Assembly (NCBI GenBank): GCA_964016885.1
Contig: OZ024747.1
Coordinates: forward strand, 61,566,001-61,630,000
DNA from: Eledone cirrhosa
Taxonomy: Eukaryota
Length of the DNA stretch: 64,000 nucleotides
Reading direction: 5' to 3'
The notes beneath the pieces were generated by a model that was not told the origin of the DNA, searched no databases, and worked only from the letters and a program-made list of their open reading frames with translations. Below are positions 12,354 to 27,494 of this stretch, piece after piece; within the stretch, counting starts at the first letter, position 1, and every line of letters starts with the position of its first letter. The position numbers and the translations under genes are program-made.

Positions 12354-14314
12354 CATACACATATACATTTATATCACATATACACACATATACATATGTG
12401 TGTGTTTTCAATCCTTAAATAAGCTATCATACAATACATTAGAATTATCTTTGATAACTTTTTGAAAATATTCATTTTTATAGTTATTATTGTAAGAAAT
12501 TCGTTGATGTTTTTGTACATTTTTTTCTGAATGATTTGTTAAGAATACTAGCAACCTTTTTTTACTTTTCCTGTTTTTTTTTCTTGTAATGAAGTTCATG
12601 TATTGAAAAAGAAGAAGAAGCCTTCAGCCCGCCAGGCAAGGCTTGCAGGTGAAAATGGTTGAAAGGAGATTAAATTATGTCTATATTCACATAGTTAGTG
12701 AGAGAACTGAGTGAGAGTTTCAGTGGAAATAGCAAGCCATAGGAGATTTGTGTGTTTGAAGTCAAGGAATTAAATCTACAAATAATCACTCATATTTTGA
12801 GATAAACATACTAATAAACTATAGTATCCCAGCACTAATAAATACTAATATACATATGTTGAGACAAATATCCTAATAAATTCTCCAGCTGCTGTATTGA
12901 ATATCTGCATACACTTATGTTGACAGAAACATACTAGTAGATTATAGTATACAAGCAGTTTATAGGCCCCCATCGGTCACTAATAACTATGGTTCTGTAC
13001 CTAGAAAGTTCCCTTCCAAGGTACAAGCCTGGGCAAGACTTGTTTGTGGAAGACCAGCAGTCATCCATGCATACCAGTCTCCCCTCTCCATGTCACCAAT
13101 GTTGTCCAAGAGAAAGGCAATGGCCAATACAGATATTCAGAATAGTTTGTAGCATGAGGGTAAAACTCACCATCACGCCATACCTCTTTCATGAATGTCA
13201 TGTTATTTTTGGTGGGCTTACACAATAACATTCAACATTGCTTCACAGAATCTCAACTAACACTAACAATTCTTTCAATCCACCATGTTGGACTTGTACT
13301 TCATTTATCAACCTACAAAGAATTAACATGACTCTATATTTACTATTGTATTCTTGTGGTAAAGGCTTTATCTTACATTATCTCACATAATATCAAATCT
13401 ATGAAATTTTGATGTTATTTATTTTGAGAACAATACCTTAACATCTGTATGAGGAGCCAATTACAACTGGTTTGAACAGAAAGAGGTGAGAGAATTCTTG
13501 CCAGATATGGCCAGTTTAAATGATAAGGGAATAAAGACAAAGTTGAACCCAGTGGGGTTTGAACTCGAAGCACAGACAGACAGAACAAATATGAAATATC
13601 TAATTCAAAGCACTAATGACTTGAGGTTGCTGGGGTGATCCCCTAGTTATAGCTGTCACATCGGTCTGGGGCTGCTGGTGTGCTCAAACTATACGGTCAT
13701 ATGAAAAGATCAACTCGTGGTGTGAGTAGGTTATGCCTGGAAGGAAGGTTGGCTGGTAAGAAAAGCAGAGGCCGGCAGCCAAAACTTATGGACTGGACTT
13801 CATCTTTGCTCTTTAAACTCTGCTGTTGGAGATCAAACATTGTGGAGAAAAATATTTCATGTTGATGCGCAGTCTGCAACTGGCAGAGTTAAGCATCAAA
13901 ATAGTAGTAGTACTAATGACTCGGCCAATTTGCTCCTCTCTACACATCTGTCAGAAGAAACTAATCACTATAATTTCCACTCCTAACTTAGCTGTTGGGC
14001 AGGCCTTTCACAAGGCTCTGGTGCTCAGGAGGGGAAAATGATTTCAAAACATTCTTGCTGGTCACTCTAATTCACAATAATTCTAAGATAGAGTTTCAGA
14101 AGAAGCATGTCACCATATTTTCTAACTCTGAGGGTGCACCATTGGGGCAGTGCCATACACTGTTAAACTATTCCCAAGATAATTACTACTTAAACTTATG
14201 AGGATGGAAAAAATGTATTATTCAAACTTCCATTATGTTTGAAATATCTTAATAAATGTAATTATTTCATACAAATTCCAAATATATATTTCAATTGTGA
14301 GTTTTATATTGAAT

Positions 14315-14505
14315 AATAATTGTTTGTACTTTTGGTACAAGACCAGCAATTATCCCAGTGCATTACTGGTACTTTATTTTATCGACCCTGAAAGGATGAA
14401 AGGCAAAGTTAACCTCGGCGGGATTTGAGCTCAGACCGTAAAGGGCCATAACTCTATGCTGCTAAGTATGGCGTCCGACTCTCTCCGATACTCAAATCCA
14501 CTATT
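14315..14505 (-). mobile_element. SINE family 3 (Nin/Deu-like core)
   Basis: Reverse complement of GCCTTTCATCCTTTCAGGGTCGATAAAAT plus a tRNA-like head. Confidence 0.75.
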
Positions 14506-15322
14506 GAATAATAATAATACTTGATCTGTTTGCAACCAAACAGCCTCATCACATTAGAACAAAAGGATGGCGATGGTGATGGTCATCTAAAAAACATGGC
14601 ATAATGAATCTGTTTCCTTGAAAATGAATTGAATATTATTATTATTCGATATTAAACTCATGAATGCATTTACATATCTGTTATGTTAGAGTTAAAACCA
14701 AATTCTATATTTTTTATTCATTTATAGAAATTAATCTATATTTCGTATTTCCAGGTTTGGAATATGCTACTTTTCCCCAATAAGTCTGAAAAAGTTGCTC
14801 TGCATCTTGGAGCCCAAAGGATATGTTAGTCAAAAACAAAAACCTAAATTATAAAAATTTTGTAACAGATAATGCAGGTACATCCATGACATTTGAACAT
14901 GCATCTTCAATGCTGGAAAATGGAAAATATGCTAATTTATGCTCGACCTAACCTCTCCATTGGGCTATATCCAAGCAGATCACTGTTTTAACTCATAAGA
15001 ATAAACGAAAAAATACATAGCACAATGACTTCCACTTGAGAGAGAAATTATGTTTGAAATATCTTAACGGAATTATCATTTGAAATAAATTGAAATAGAT
15101 TTAAATCCCATTTTCTTGTTAAAGAGAAACACAAAAGAAATGTAGAGATATAAATATGGAAGGTGGTGGAGGATAAGAAGAAAATCTGTTTTGCTTTATC
15201 AATGTAACAAAACTAAGAAGAAAAAAATCAACAAAATGTATAACATTTGATATTTTGGTTAAAGATATGGAAATGTTGAGAGATCTGCTGATGTCAGCAA
15301 AGAGCTTGCTGCATATATATAT

Positions 15323-15377
<55 letters not shown>

Positions 15378-15655
15378 ATCAGTTCTGCTGAGGAGTCATA
15401 GCAACAGTAGTAATAACAATTGCCGAATCAATAGGGCAAAAGAAATGAACAATATACACTGGTTGGCTCTCATGTAAACACACATACATTCAAACATACA
15501 CACACATATATATATATATATGTATATATGTATATTCACACATATATATATATATATGTATATATGTATATTCACACATATATATATATATGTATATACA
15601 CACATATATATATATATGTATATACACACATATATATATATGTATATATGTATAT

Positions 15656-15797
<142 letters not shown>

Positions 15798-15892
15798 TAT
15801 ATATATATATATATAAAGAGAAAGGGAGATGTCACATTCATGATATATATAGATATGCACATGCATACATAAACTATATATGTGTATGTATG

Positions 15893-15934
<42 letters not shown>

Positions 15935-16844
15935 TGCACCCATTATATTCCTCACACAATTTGACTTTTAAGCTGTCTTGATCAGATAAAATATCTTAAG
16001 TTTTTTATTGTACATATGCCTATGAATATATACACATCTGCATTCATACACACAGATATACACTACACATATGCATATACAGATGCATGTGGGTATATTC
16101 ATAAATATGCATAAATGCATAAACAGACACATATATACAAAATCATGCACAGAGACATACATACGCACACATATATACACAAACACACATATATATATAT
16201 ACACATATATATATACACAATCACACACACATGTATACACACTCCACCTCAGACACCAATACAATATTTTTAGATTCCAATCAGGTTTTGTTTCTCATTC
16301 TTTTATAGAAATTCTTCAATTCTTCTTTTTTACATTTCACATTTACTTTATAGTTATATATCTCTCATGCACCAACCTCCTACATTCATACCCACACACC
16401 TATACTCGTACAAAAACCCAGCCCTTATTTTCCACACACATACCCAATGCCGCTATACCCACACACTCCCCTCTCCCATACTTCTACATATCTTCACTTC
16501 TTATATTCCTACATACATACCCACCTCAGTATTCCACAAATGCCAACAACCCGTATTTCACAATAGTTTTGCCTATTCCATCCAAATATAAACAATATTC
16601 TTTGAGAATCTTTTAATGATTTATATTTTCTTTATTTCTTTATTTTCATTCATTTATTTAATTGTTATATATTTTTTTTTCTTTTGAAATTATATTTCTG
16701 TTTTTCGATGTTTGAAATATTTTTCTCACAAGTGAAATTCTGAAAATATTCTTTAGTTTCTCTCAACTGAACAGTCTCTATCCTGATTTCACTTCTCAGT
16801 TAGAGCTATTTCTATCTCTCTATCATTATCATCATTGTTGTTTG

Positions 16845-17000
16845 CCAGTGGATTGACAGTATCGGTAAAGGGTCAGACGCCATGCTTTGACGCATAGAGT
16901 TACGGCCCTTTATCGTCTGAGTTCAAATCCTGCCGAGGTTTACTTTCCCTTTCATCCTTACGGGGTCGATAAAATAAAGTACCAGTAATGCACTGGATTA
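16845..17000 (+). mobile_element. SINE family 3
   Basis: gagttcaaatcctgccgagg...ctttcatccttacggggtcgataaaat. Confidence 0.75.
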
Positions 17001-17029
17001 TCATCATCATTGTTGTTTGACTACAACAG

Positions 17030-17865
17030 CAGACAGCCACAATCGTCCTACATTTGTTGCAGCTTTCATAATTAGTTGTAGTCTCATGGTTGAGTTATTG
17101 GGCCTGGTCATTGTTTAATAGCTGTAACAAACAGTTATAATCCTCCTCTACCTAATGTAGCTTTCATAATAAGTTGTGGCCTTGTGGTCTGGATATTAGG
17201 CTGGTCATCATTTGGTTACAATAACAGACAGTCACAAATATCCACCATTCATTTCAGCTTTCATAATAAGCTGTGATCTTGTGGTCTCGATATTAGGCTT
17301 GGTCATCATTTGACTCTAGCTGAAGACAGCTGCAAGTGTCCACCATGTCCACCTTCCATTGCAGCTTTTATAATACATTGGAGGCACATGGCTTAGTGGT
17401 TAGAGCATTGGCCTTGCAATTGAAAGATTGTGTGTTCAATTCTCAGACCGGGTGATGTGTTGTTTCCTTGAGCAAGACACTTTATTTCACATTGCTCCAG
17501 TTTACTCAGCTGTAGAAATGAGATGATAGGGACTGGGGTTCCTATCTTTCCACTGCAAAGTGGTCGTGGAGGTGCTACAGCAAAAAAGCACCCAGCCCAC
17601 ACTGTAGAGTGGATGTGTAGGTGCCATGGCAAAAAAGCACCCAGCACTCACTGTAAATGAGGTTAGTGTTAGGAAGGGCATTCAGCTGTAGAAATCAAGC
17701 CAGAATCAGTTCCTGTCCCACCCTTGCAAGCAGGGAAAAGCGGACGTAAAATGATGATGATGATGATGTGGTCTTGTGGTCTGGATATTAGACCTGGATA
17801 CTAGAGTAGCAGACAGTCACAAGTGTACACCATTCATTGCAGCTTTCATAATCAGTTGTGGTTTT
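17030..17865. repeat. degenerate tandem repeat (about 60-95 bp spacing), interrupted by a SINE
   Basis: agctttcataat...gttgtgg recurs at 17060, 17160, 17256, 17362 and 17840. Confidence 0.6.
17380..17768 (+). mobile_element. full-length tRNA SINE family 4 with RTE-derived tail
   Basis: Head GGAGGCACATGGCTTAGTGGTTAGAGC...GTTCAATTC; tail CCCTTGCAAGCAGGGAAAAGCGGACGTAAAATGATG is identical to the RTE end at about 58929-58965. Confidence 0.9.
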
Positions 17866-18609
17866 ATATGAGAAGGTTTAGCCCTAGCCATCAGTAGAAT
17901 TTGAACTCAGAACCCAAAATGCCAGAAGAGATAATGCAAAGCCTCTCTTCGGATGCTCTAACAATTTTACCAATCTGCCACCATAGACTGAATGGTACTT
18001 GATACCATGCCCCACAACCACCACCACCATAAAGGCTGACTAGCAAAGATAACCTTGATGGGATTAAAACCCAAAGTGCAGAGAGTTGAAACAAATACCT
18101 GGTATTTAATCTGATATCCTACAACTCTGCCAATTCTTACTATCACACAACACTAATGTTTTGGAGAAATGCAAATCACATTTTCCGGTGAGGAAAATAT
18201 TGCTTTTTTTTCTCCACAATTTATCCTGCATCTTAAGCATCCAAAATGGGGTTTCTCTGAAGTGTCTTTGGAATAATGTGTGTAGCTTTGGATAGAGTGT
18301 GTAGCTGAGAGATCAGAGAATTGTTCCAAGTAGAGCCACTACTTCTCAGAATTGAGAGCTCACAGCTTTGATAATATGGCATATGGTTAGAATATTTGAC
18401 ACACATATACACATCAGATAGACACACACACGTACATACATCAAAGATACATATGCACACACATCTGAGAAACACACACACATGCCTGACACATACATAC
18501 ACACACATACACAAACAAACACACACATCTGACACACATGGTTAATGTTTTGGTTAACCACCACTCAACAACATGATTTCTGGAGTTAAAAAAAGTTTAT
18601 CCCAAGCCT

Positions 18610-18855
18610 AGATATTCATCAGAGTGAAGCTTATCCTGGGTTCAGTGGTGTTAAGTGACAAAATACAAGACTTACCCCTGAACATGATGCTAGTTCATTG
18701 CAGGAATAACTTCTAGTTGCTGCTCGGAATTATTTGGGGGGCTGGAGCAGTCTGAAAGGAAGTAACTTGTACAAGGACACAATGTACTGCCCAGTTAGGG
18801 AATCAAACCCACAACCTTTCAATTATGAACCCAACACTAACCCCTAGGCCACACG
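18610..18855 (-). mobile_element. SINE family 2, diverged
   Basis: Homologous to 20040-20540 and 36177-36460. Confidence 0.55.
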
Positions 18856-18954
18856 AACATGATTAATACAGTAATAGCTTATGTTGTTATATCTGCAGAA
18901 TTGATAAAATAAAACATTAGTAATATCTGTATCAATTATAGACAAATTGATTTA

Positions 18955-19200
18955 ATTGTTATATTTTAGGAGGGTCATGTTTTTATAATATTGCCAGAAA
19001 AATATATAGTAAAACACACTCACTGTTTGGTTTGGGTTGGTTTTCGCTTCAGTGTATTTTATATTTCTATAATTAATTCAGCTGGCAATCAATGTTTATC
19101 ATTGATTGACCAACAGTTAAAAATATAGATATAAATATAGTTTCTCAAAGTTCTTTTGTCACACACCTGTGACATCATCAGTGATGTCATTAATTGATTA
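18955..19200 (-). mobile_element. diverged solo 3' UTR of the Neptune-like PLE
   Basis: attgttatatt..ggagggtcat..aatattgccagaa..acacactcactgtttggtt..ggttttcgcttc aligns with 59066-59330. Confidence 0.8.
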
Positions 19201-19339
19201 TGTAACTAACCCTTATAGTGTTATGTGGCTGATATATTTGCCATGATAACATAGCCCTTATACCAATACATGGCTGATATATCAGTCTAAAAATGTAACA
19301 CTCTCCTTGTTAGGTTAGCAGCCTCCAAACAAACTAATG

Positions 19340-19555
19340 ATGGTTTCTGATTTAGGCACAAGGCCTGCAATTTTGGAGGGGAAAGTCGATTAAATCCTCC
19401 CCAGTGCATGACTAGTACTACATTTTATCAACCCCATAAGGAAAAAAGGCAAAGCTAACCTCTGCAGGATTTTAGATCAGAACGTAAAGGGCCATAACTC
19501 TGTTTCGTGAAGCAGGGTGTTCAACGCTCTACTGATACTGCTATTCCACTGCCGA
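19340..19555 (-). mobile_element. SINE family 3, diverged
   Basis: ggcacaaggcc tail and aaaggcaaagctaacctc core. Confidence 0.65.
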
Positions 19556-20039
19556 TCCAAACAAACTAATAATGTTTTGGATTAGACATTATTTACAGAA
19601 ATATCCTACCAAGCTTTTGATTTATTTGGCATTTTTTTTTTTTTTTTTTATGATTTCTATAAGTTTTATGAGAAGTTGATTATCACAGATTATAACAGTA
19701 ATATTAATTAATCATGATATTAATGATCCTAATTATTATTTGTGGTATAATTATCTGCCAGAAATTGAAGTAATTTTGGTAGTTTAGGTGATTCTGGTGG
19801 ATGGTAAGGTAACCTCTGCAAAATATCAGAACTGCACCATTCAACCAGATATTTGTTATTACACGAGTGTGGTAATTAGCATAATTAGTTAAATTTTAAC
19901 CGATTCTGTTAGTTGCAATGTGTTGTAACATGTTTATATGTTTTACAAAAATCTATGGTTTGTATCACCTCAGAGTGATAGATAGTTATTCATTTTTATT
20001 TAAGTCATACTGTTTTTCTATTGTCTTTAATGATTCTAA

Positions 20040-20540
20040 AGTCTACCTCAAGCCAGGAAGCTGGTGCTTATCCTGGTTTCGTGGCATTAAGCAACTGCGA
20101 GTTCAAAGTGTCCCTCTGGACAGGATGCCAGCCTATCACAGGATTAAATCCCCAGCTACAGCTGGTACCCATTTTCAGCTGTGTATACTGGAGCAACATG
20201 AAATGAAGTGTTTTGCTCAAGAACACAACACACAACCTAGTCCAGGAATCAAACTCACAACATTATGATCATAAGTCCAACACCCTTACCACTAGGGCAA
20301 CATGAAATGAAGTGTTTTGCTCAACACAGATAATTCTCTCTTGGACAGGATGCCAGTCCATTACAGGGTTAAACCCCCAGTTATTGCAGGTATTCATTTT
20401 CAGCTGAGTGTAGAGTATACTGGGGCAACATGAAATGAAGTGTTTTGCTCAAGAACACAACACACAACGCAGTCCAGGAATCAAACCCATGGCGTTATGA
20501 TCATAAGTCCAACACCCTTACCACTAGGCCACATTCCTCA
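20040..20540 (-). mobile_element. SINE family 2 with internal tandem duplication
   Basis: gcaacatgaaatgaagtgttttgctcaa occurs three times; the tRNA-like head is duplicated. Confidence 0.7.
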
Positions 20541-21054
20541 CACTTAACAATTACCCCATAATATTTTACGCTATTTAGTCAAAAAGTCGCTAGCACTAAA
20601 ATGGTTAAATTACTGTGATTGATTTTATTGATTATGTTATTAATACACAGAAGATGACTTAATTGAGTATGTCAATATGTTATCTGTACTTGATGATTGA
20701 ACCAATAATATGACTGTAACTAAATTGGTGCTATTTAAGTACATACCAACATTTTTATCTCCCAATAAAATCTGTCCAAAGTCTCTATTATATCTCAGGT
20801 CATACCAATATATTTATGGATCCATCTTGATTAATACCATTATAAACCATGACTAACCTATCATTATTCAATACATTATGAATCATAGCACTGACATAGC
20901 TATTTATTATTCATGCAGGTGTGCTTGGATAATTCCCATACCATCACCATCACACTGATTCCTTTAAACTGTTTTAACTATCAGTATTTATTTATTAAAA
21001 GTTTATACGTACATCTCAATCATGTTAAGGTCTAACGGTACTGACAAAGCTTAT

Positions 21055-21097
21055 GCTTTACTGAGGAGGTCTAATAAGATTGAAACATGTTCAGATT
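21055..21097 (+). ncRNA. degenerate minimal hammerhead motif (old PLE remnant)
   Basis: CTGAGGA-GGTCT aata AGATT-GAAA-CATG-TT; palindromic ACATGT stem III; stem I is poor. Confidence 0.45.
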
Positions 21098-21169
21098 TGT
21101 AACCATAATTCCCAATGATTAAACAACCAACCATTTACAGGTCATGAACCCTGTTATTTTATTACAGGC

Positions 21170-22085
21170 AACCATTGTGCTTTGATTATGAGAAAGCCTT
21201 CGATAACATTGAAATCTCAGCCGTGCTTGAAGCTATTATTGATTAAGAAATACATCAAACATTATACACGAATTAAGGAAATTTATAGCCAGGGAACATC
21301 ATCTATAAGACTTCACACAGAAAGTGAAAATATCAATATTGAAAGAGGAGTAAGAGGAAGGAATATAATATCATCCAAACTCTTTAATGGAACAATGGAG
21401 AGCATATTTAACCCTTCTCATATTAAACTGCCTGAAACTGCCCTGGTTCTACAATAGAAAACTGTTTTAAAGTGTTTATATTTATCTAAAAGCCTTCCAT
21501 CATAATTCTATGTAAGAACTTTTCAACTATATTCCTAATACCAAGATAACAATGAGAAAACCAGTTATATTATTAAATCCCTGAAGACTGGATTATTTTC
21601 AAAATTTATTGAAAATTACAAGCACCATCTTTCATTAGAAATATGGAGATGAAAGAGTTAAAAGCCGAACTGGAATGAAAAAAATAAAACAAACGTAAAT
21701 AGTGAGTTTATGCTTTGCTAACAATTTAGATCTCTTCTCAAACGATGCTCATAAATTGGAACAAATATAGGATCAAGTGAAGAGTGAAAGCAACAAGGTG
21801 GGACTAAAACAAGTGATGTTCAAACAGTCATGTAACAAGTTATCAAAGTCAACAATATTATAATAACTGACAAATATATTTATCTTTGCCAGTTGATAAA
21901 CAGGGGAATATAGCCATATAAAGGAAATACAAAAATGAATGTAGGGCTGGACATTGCGCTTTTGTTGAATTAAATGATATCATGAAAAATAAGATGTGAT
22001 ATGATTATGCCTGATACTCAAGGTGTTTGTCAAATATATCATACCAGTAATGACTTATGGGGCAGAGATACTGTCACTGACTACA
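21170..22085 (+). pseudogene. old degraded RTE-like RT fragment
   Basis: FDYEKAFD..., IERGVRG..ISSKLF, FANNL (degraded FADD), YIYL, PVMTYGAE, with stops and frameshifts. Confidence 0.7.
21408..21661. mobile_element. piggyBac-like MITE inserted in the old LINE
   Basis: TTAA-CCCTT...AAGAG-TTAA ends; the LINE homology resumes after it. Confidence 0.55.
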
Positions 22086-22948
22086 GAATAGAACAGAGAA
22101 AAGATTAGAGAGAGAGAGAGAGAGTGTGTGTTTGACCAATGTATCAACCAGCAATGACTAAAAACATGAGAGAGAGAGGGTGTGTGAGGAAGAGAAAGAG
22201 AAAGGAGAATGTTTGGCCAAAAAGCTATGTGCAGAATAGAGACTGGGGTGGGGGAGGCAGGTTCATATAGTTGAGGTATGACATGTGGGATAAACATGTG
22301 GTAACAGATAGACAGAAATATATACAGAATAGAGATTGGGGTGGGTGGTAGAGTCATATAGTGATGGTAGGACATGTAGCATGAACATGTGGTAACAGAT
22401 TGACAGAAATATGTACAGAATGGGGACTGAGATGGTGGAGGAGCAAGACGAGGAGGAGATAAAAGTTGATGAAAACAGAAGATAAGTTAGGGAGATGAGA
22501 TAAATAAATAAGTGTATGGGTGTTACATGTAAGAGTAACACAAGATAAGAACAATTGCTACCAGCCTGAGAAGCTTTCCCCTTACTGTGAGTGAAATGAT
22601 GACTAAGAACGAGAATATTGATTTATAACTTACTTGAATTTCAACAAAAATATTTACAAAAGATAAATTAAGTTTGCAGCCATCAAGCCCTCATTAAACC
22701 TGTGGCACTATTACAAGATTCTGCTACATTGATCACTGAGCAGTTACTTTTGAGAGACAAGAAATAAAGAATCTCAGAGATTTGGTAATTTCTATCTAGT
22801 AACATTGCCCACCCTGTCAAGTTCTGTGAACATATTGTTTACGGTTTTATTGCAAGTTAAGCATTCTCTTGACCAGAGTTAAAGTGGGTAAGGTTGACTG
22901 CTTTCTCTACAGATTTATAACATACACAATATATATACACACACACAT

Positions 22949-22984
<36 letters not shown>

Positions 22985-23067
22985 TATATATACACATATA
23001 CATATATAAATACACACATATATATATATATATACACACACATACATATACATATATATACATATAT

Positions 23068-23128
<61 letters not shown>

Positions 23129-23575
23129 TATGTATATATAAAGTTAACTGCTATACTTTAAAATACACATAAATGTATAGAGATATACACACACACACAC
23201 ATACAGCCCTCACAAACACACAGATCTACATACACACTCACCCAATACGTATATACCAACATCAACACATACCAAGATGTATATATGTATACATACATAT
23301 ATATATATATATATATAAACACACACGCACACACACATATATAAAGACACACACACACACAAATACACAGACACACTCAACCAAATATGTATGAGTGAGA
23401 AGTAGTCATACAAACTGACTAGGAGGGCAATAACTATGAATAAGCACTAACCTAAACTATATTGACCTGTCCAACCCATGCCAGCATAGAAAGTAGACAT
23501 AAAATAATGACACGCGACTGTATACATGCATGCTGGCAAAACCAGGTACATAGGTACACCTACATAAGCAACTAA

Positions 23576-23615
<40 letters not shown>

Positions 23616-23779
23616 AGAGAGATACAGATATATATTTGAATGTATGTATATATGCACACACACACACATAGATATATACATAGGTATATTTAAGCAATCA
23701 TACACAACCAAGTATATATATATTATATACATATATCATCATATATATATATTATATATATATATATCATCATATATAT

Positions 23780-23814
<35 letters not shown>

Positions 23815-23912
23815 CATATGTATATATATATAATATATATATTATATATATATATATATATATCATCATCATATATATATCACCATCACTGTATTTATCA
23901 TCATCATCATTA

Positions 23913-23992
<80 letters not shown>

Positions 23993-23997
23993 GTATA

Positions 23998-24060
<63 letters not shown>

Positions 24061-24123
24061 GTATATATATATGTATATATATGTATATATATATGTATAT
24101 ATATATATATGTATATATATATG

Positions 24124-24190
<67 letters not shown>

Positions 24191-24191
24191 G

Positions 24192-24251
<60 letters not shown>

Positions 24252-24784
24252 CGCACATATACAATCGTACTTAGTGAGGTAGATAGTAGAGACACAGCTA
24301 CACAAGCATCAGTCGACCATCAGAGATATATTTTACAACTTCTCCACTAAAAGGAAGGCATTCAATGAGGGGAGAATCCATGATTCATTGGTGTGTTGTG
24401 AAGCTTCAACATAAAAGATGTTTCCAAACAATTTTAGTAACCATAAATAATGTTATTTTCAGAGAGCATGCAACCATCTTGTTTCACCATATAGCGCTGG
24501 TGGCAATGGTTAGTGATGGTGGTGGTGGTAGTGGTGATAGTTGTGACAGTGGTGGTGGTGGTGGTAGTGGTGACAATGGTGGTGGTAGTGGTAGTGGTGA
24601 CAGTAGTGGTAGTGGTGGTGGCGTTTTTATTATCTACCAATCTATTCTATCTTTATTGTAATCAGGCATATTGTTTGTTTATATATAAATATATATATAT
24701 ATATTTATATATATACATATATATATATACATATATATATATATTTATATATATACATACATATATATATATATATTTATATAT

Positions 24785-24831
<47 letters not shown>

Positions 24832-24861
24832 CATACATATATATATATATATTTACATATA

Positions 24862-24909
<48 letters not shown>

Positions 24910-25018
24910 CATACATATATATATATATTTATATATATACATACATACATATATATATATATTTATATATATACATATATATATATATTTATATACATAC
25001 ATATATATATATATTTAC

Positions 25019-25075
<57 letters not shown>

Positions 25076-25273
25076 CATATATATATATATTTATATATAT
25101 ACATATATATATATATTTATATATATACATATATATATATATTTATATATATACATATATATATATTTATATACACATACATATATATATATATATATGT
25201 ACAAACATACACACTAATACATACATATATATATATTTATATATATATATACATACATATATATATATATATT

Positions 25274-25336
<63 letters not shown>

Positions 25337-25337
25337 T

Positions 25338-25377
<40 letters not shown>

Positions 25378-27278
25378 AACATACACACTAATACATACAC
25401 ACAGATATATTTGTATTATACATACAAACATACAGACTCATATATACGCACAGTATGTATCATACATATGTTAGCTTATGTGTGTTTATATATAACATTT
25501 GTAAACACATTCATATATATATATATATGTGTTTGTGTGTGTGAGTGTGTAGTTTATCATACACACACATATTGTTTATTGTTGCCAATACAATAATTGT
25601 TCTGCTCCGAAGTAATAGAATTTGATAAGAAATTTATGTGAAATCTCTCGCTAGCTGCAACTATATACACCCATACACAGCTATATACATTCATACACAC
25701 ACCACATATACAACATATATATACATATATGCATAACATGTATAGATAGAACTACTCACATTAAAAGAAGAAAAGAGAGAAGATAGTGAAAATTTTAGTC
25801 CAAGTAAAATTTGACATCTATGTTACCCAGGAGATTCTTGTTAAAATAGCTGCTTCTTTAACTTTACTGTCAGTGAAACTTTTATTTACACAAAGGAAAG
25901 AAAGAAAGTCTCTTAAAGATATTTTCAAAACTTCACATTTTTCTTCTATGAAAAAGCCAAGAGAGGATATTGTAGCAATATAAAATTCAATTTTCTCTGT
26001 TTTATTTCTATGCTTTCATCCTCCATCTCGTAAAGTCGTGCCATATAACAATTTCTTTTGATGGAGAAAAAACACCAAATTTGTTGCAAAGGATGTACAG
26101 TGTTTTAAATCTCTACCAAAATATATTGGTGGCACTCACTTTTAAAGAATGTTTCGTGCCTTGCAGCAAAAAGGTGAATTATTTTCTTATGTGAAAACAT
26201 TTATTCTTTCTTATTGTTGAGTGGGCCTCCATCAGTTTCAACGATGAATGTTCTTGATGTTTAATCAATGATGCAGCTTACTCCTGAAATTGATATACAG
26301 GTGGCTGAGCATTCCACAGACACGTGTACTCTTAATGTAATTCTCATGGTGATTCAGCATGACACAATGAGTGATAAGGCTGGCCCATTGAATAACAGGT
26401 ACAGTCAATTGAACAGGCTTCCAAATGGTTTCTATCTGCCTAGTTTTAGCCACAAATCTATACTAAATGACACCTGCCCAAAAGGCCTAACAGTGGTATC
26501 AAACCTGGGACCTTATAGTTGTGAAGCAAACATTTTAACCATTCAGCTATACTGCATTTACTGTTCTTATATTGATTAGCATGCCTCTATTGTACTATAC
26601 ATTTGATACACCTTTGATGAGTTGTAGTGCACCTGAGCACTGGACACAATAATTTTCATAATCGTTATCATTGTTTCTGACAACACCAAAGCAACATCAC
26701 TCCTCTCCTCAACAGTCAGTACATGTAGCCATAGTTTACCTCTAAATCTAGCCAGAACTGATTTAAGCCACCTTAAGTAGTTCTCTCATTTATTATGAGG
26801 GTCCTCTCACCTGTGTCTCATAAGTCAGGGGAAAGGCAAGTATTAAAATAATGATAATCCTAGCCAGGAATGATTTAAGTTCTTTTAGGCGGTCCTCACA
26901 CTTAAGGGGCCTTATCTCACCTGTGTCTCCATGGGTCAGAAGAAAGGCTAGGGTGAAAATAATGATAATCTCAGCCAGGAATGATTTAAGTGCCCTAAGG
27001 AGCTTCTCTCAATGTAGGTATGAATGGTTAGTTACAGTGAGTTTGAACAGAAAGAGGAGAGAGTTTTAGCTGATTATGGCTGGTGTAAATGCTAAAAGGT
27101 TAAGGTCCGCTGGTATAACCATTAGCACACCTTCAACAGAGAGGAGAAGCATAAAAGCATGGCTCTCTTTGAGCTGATATGGAAGCTCGAGTCAGGTAGA
27201 ACACAGTATTCACTGGAATGGTTTAAGGTCCATGAGGTGTCTCCCAACTGTGGCTGGTCCTCTGTCTAAATTCTCTGT

Positions 27279-27494
27279 TTAACCCTTTAGCATTTACATT
27301 TCTCTATATTTTATATTGTCTTTTCACGGTAAACAATTTAATTCACATAATATCGAATCTACAACATTTTGATGTTATTTATTTTGAGAACAATACCTTA
27401 ACATAAGTATGAGCAGCTGGTTACTGCCAGTTTGAACAGAAAGAGGTGAGAGAATTCTGGTCAGATACGGCCGATTTAAATGCCCAAGGGTTAA
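27279..27494. mobile_element. piggyBac-like MITE with TTAA target duplication
   Basis: TTAA-CCCTTTAGCATTTA...TAAATGCCCAAGGG-TTAA; related partial copies at about 13340-13530, 27025-27103 and 9720-9916. Confidence 0.75.

Noticed and set aside
12975-13140. HDV-like ribozyme in a repeat fragment (ccctctccatgt)
   Set aside because: I could not assemble the nested double pseudoknot.
17380-17455. tRNA genes (also 36177, 53561, 152)
   Set aside because: The A/B boxes are SINE heads continuing into repeat bodies; no complete cloverleaf or terminator is evident.
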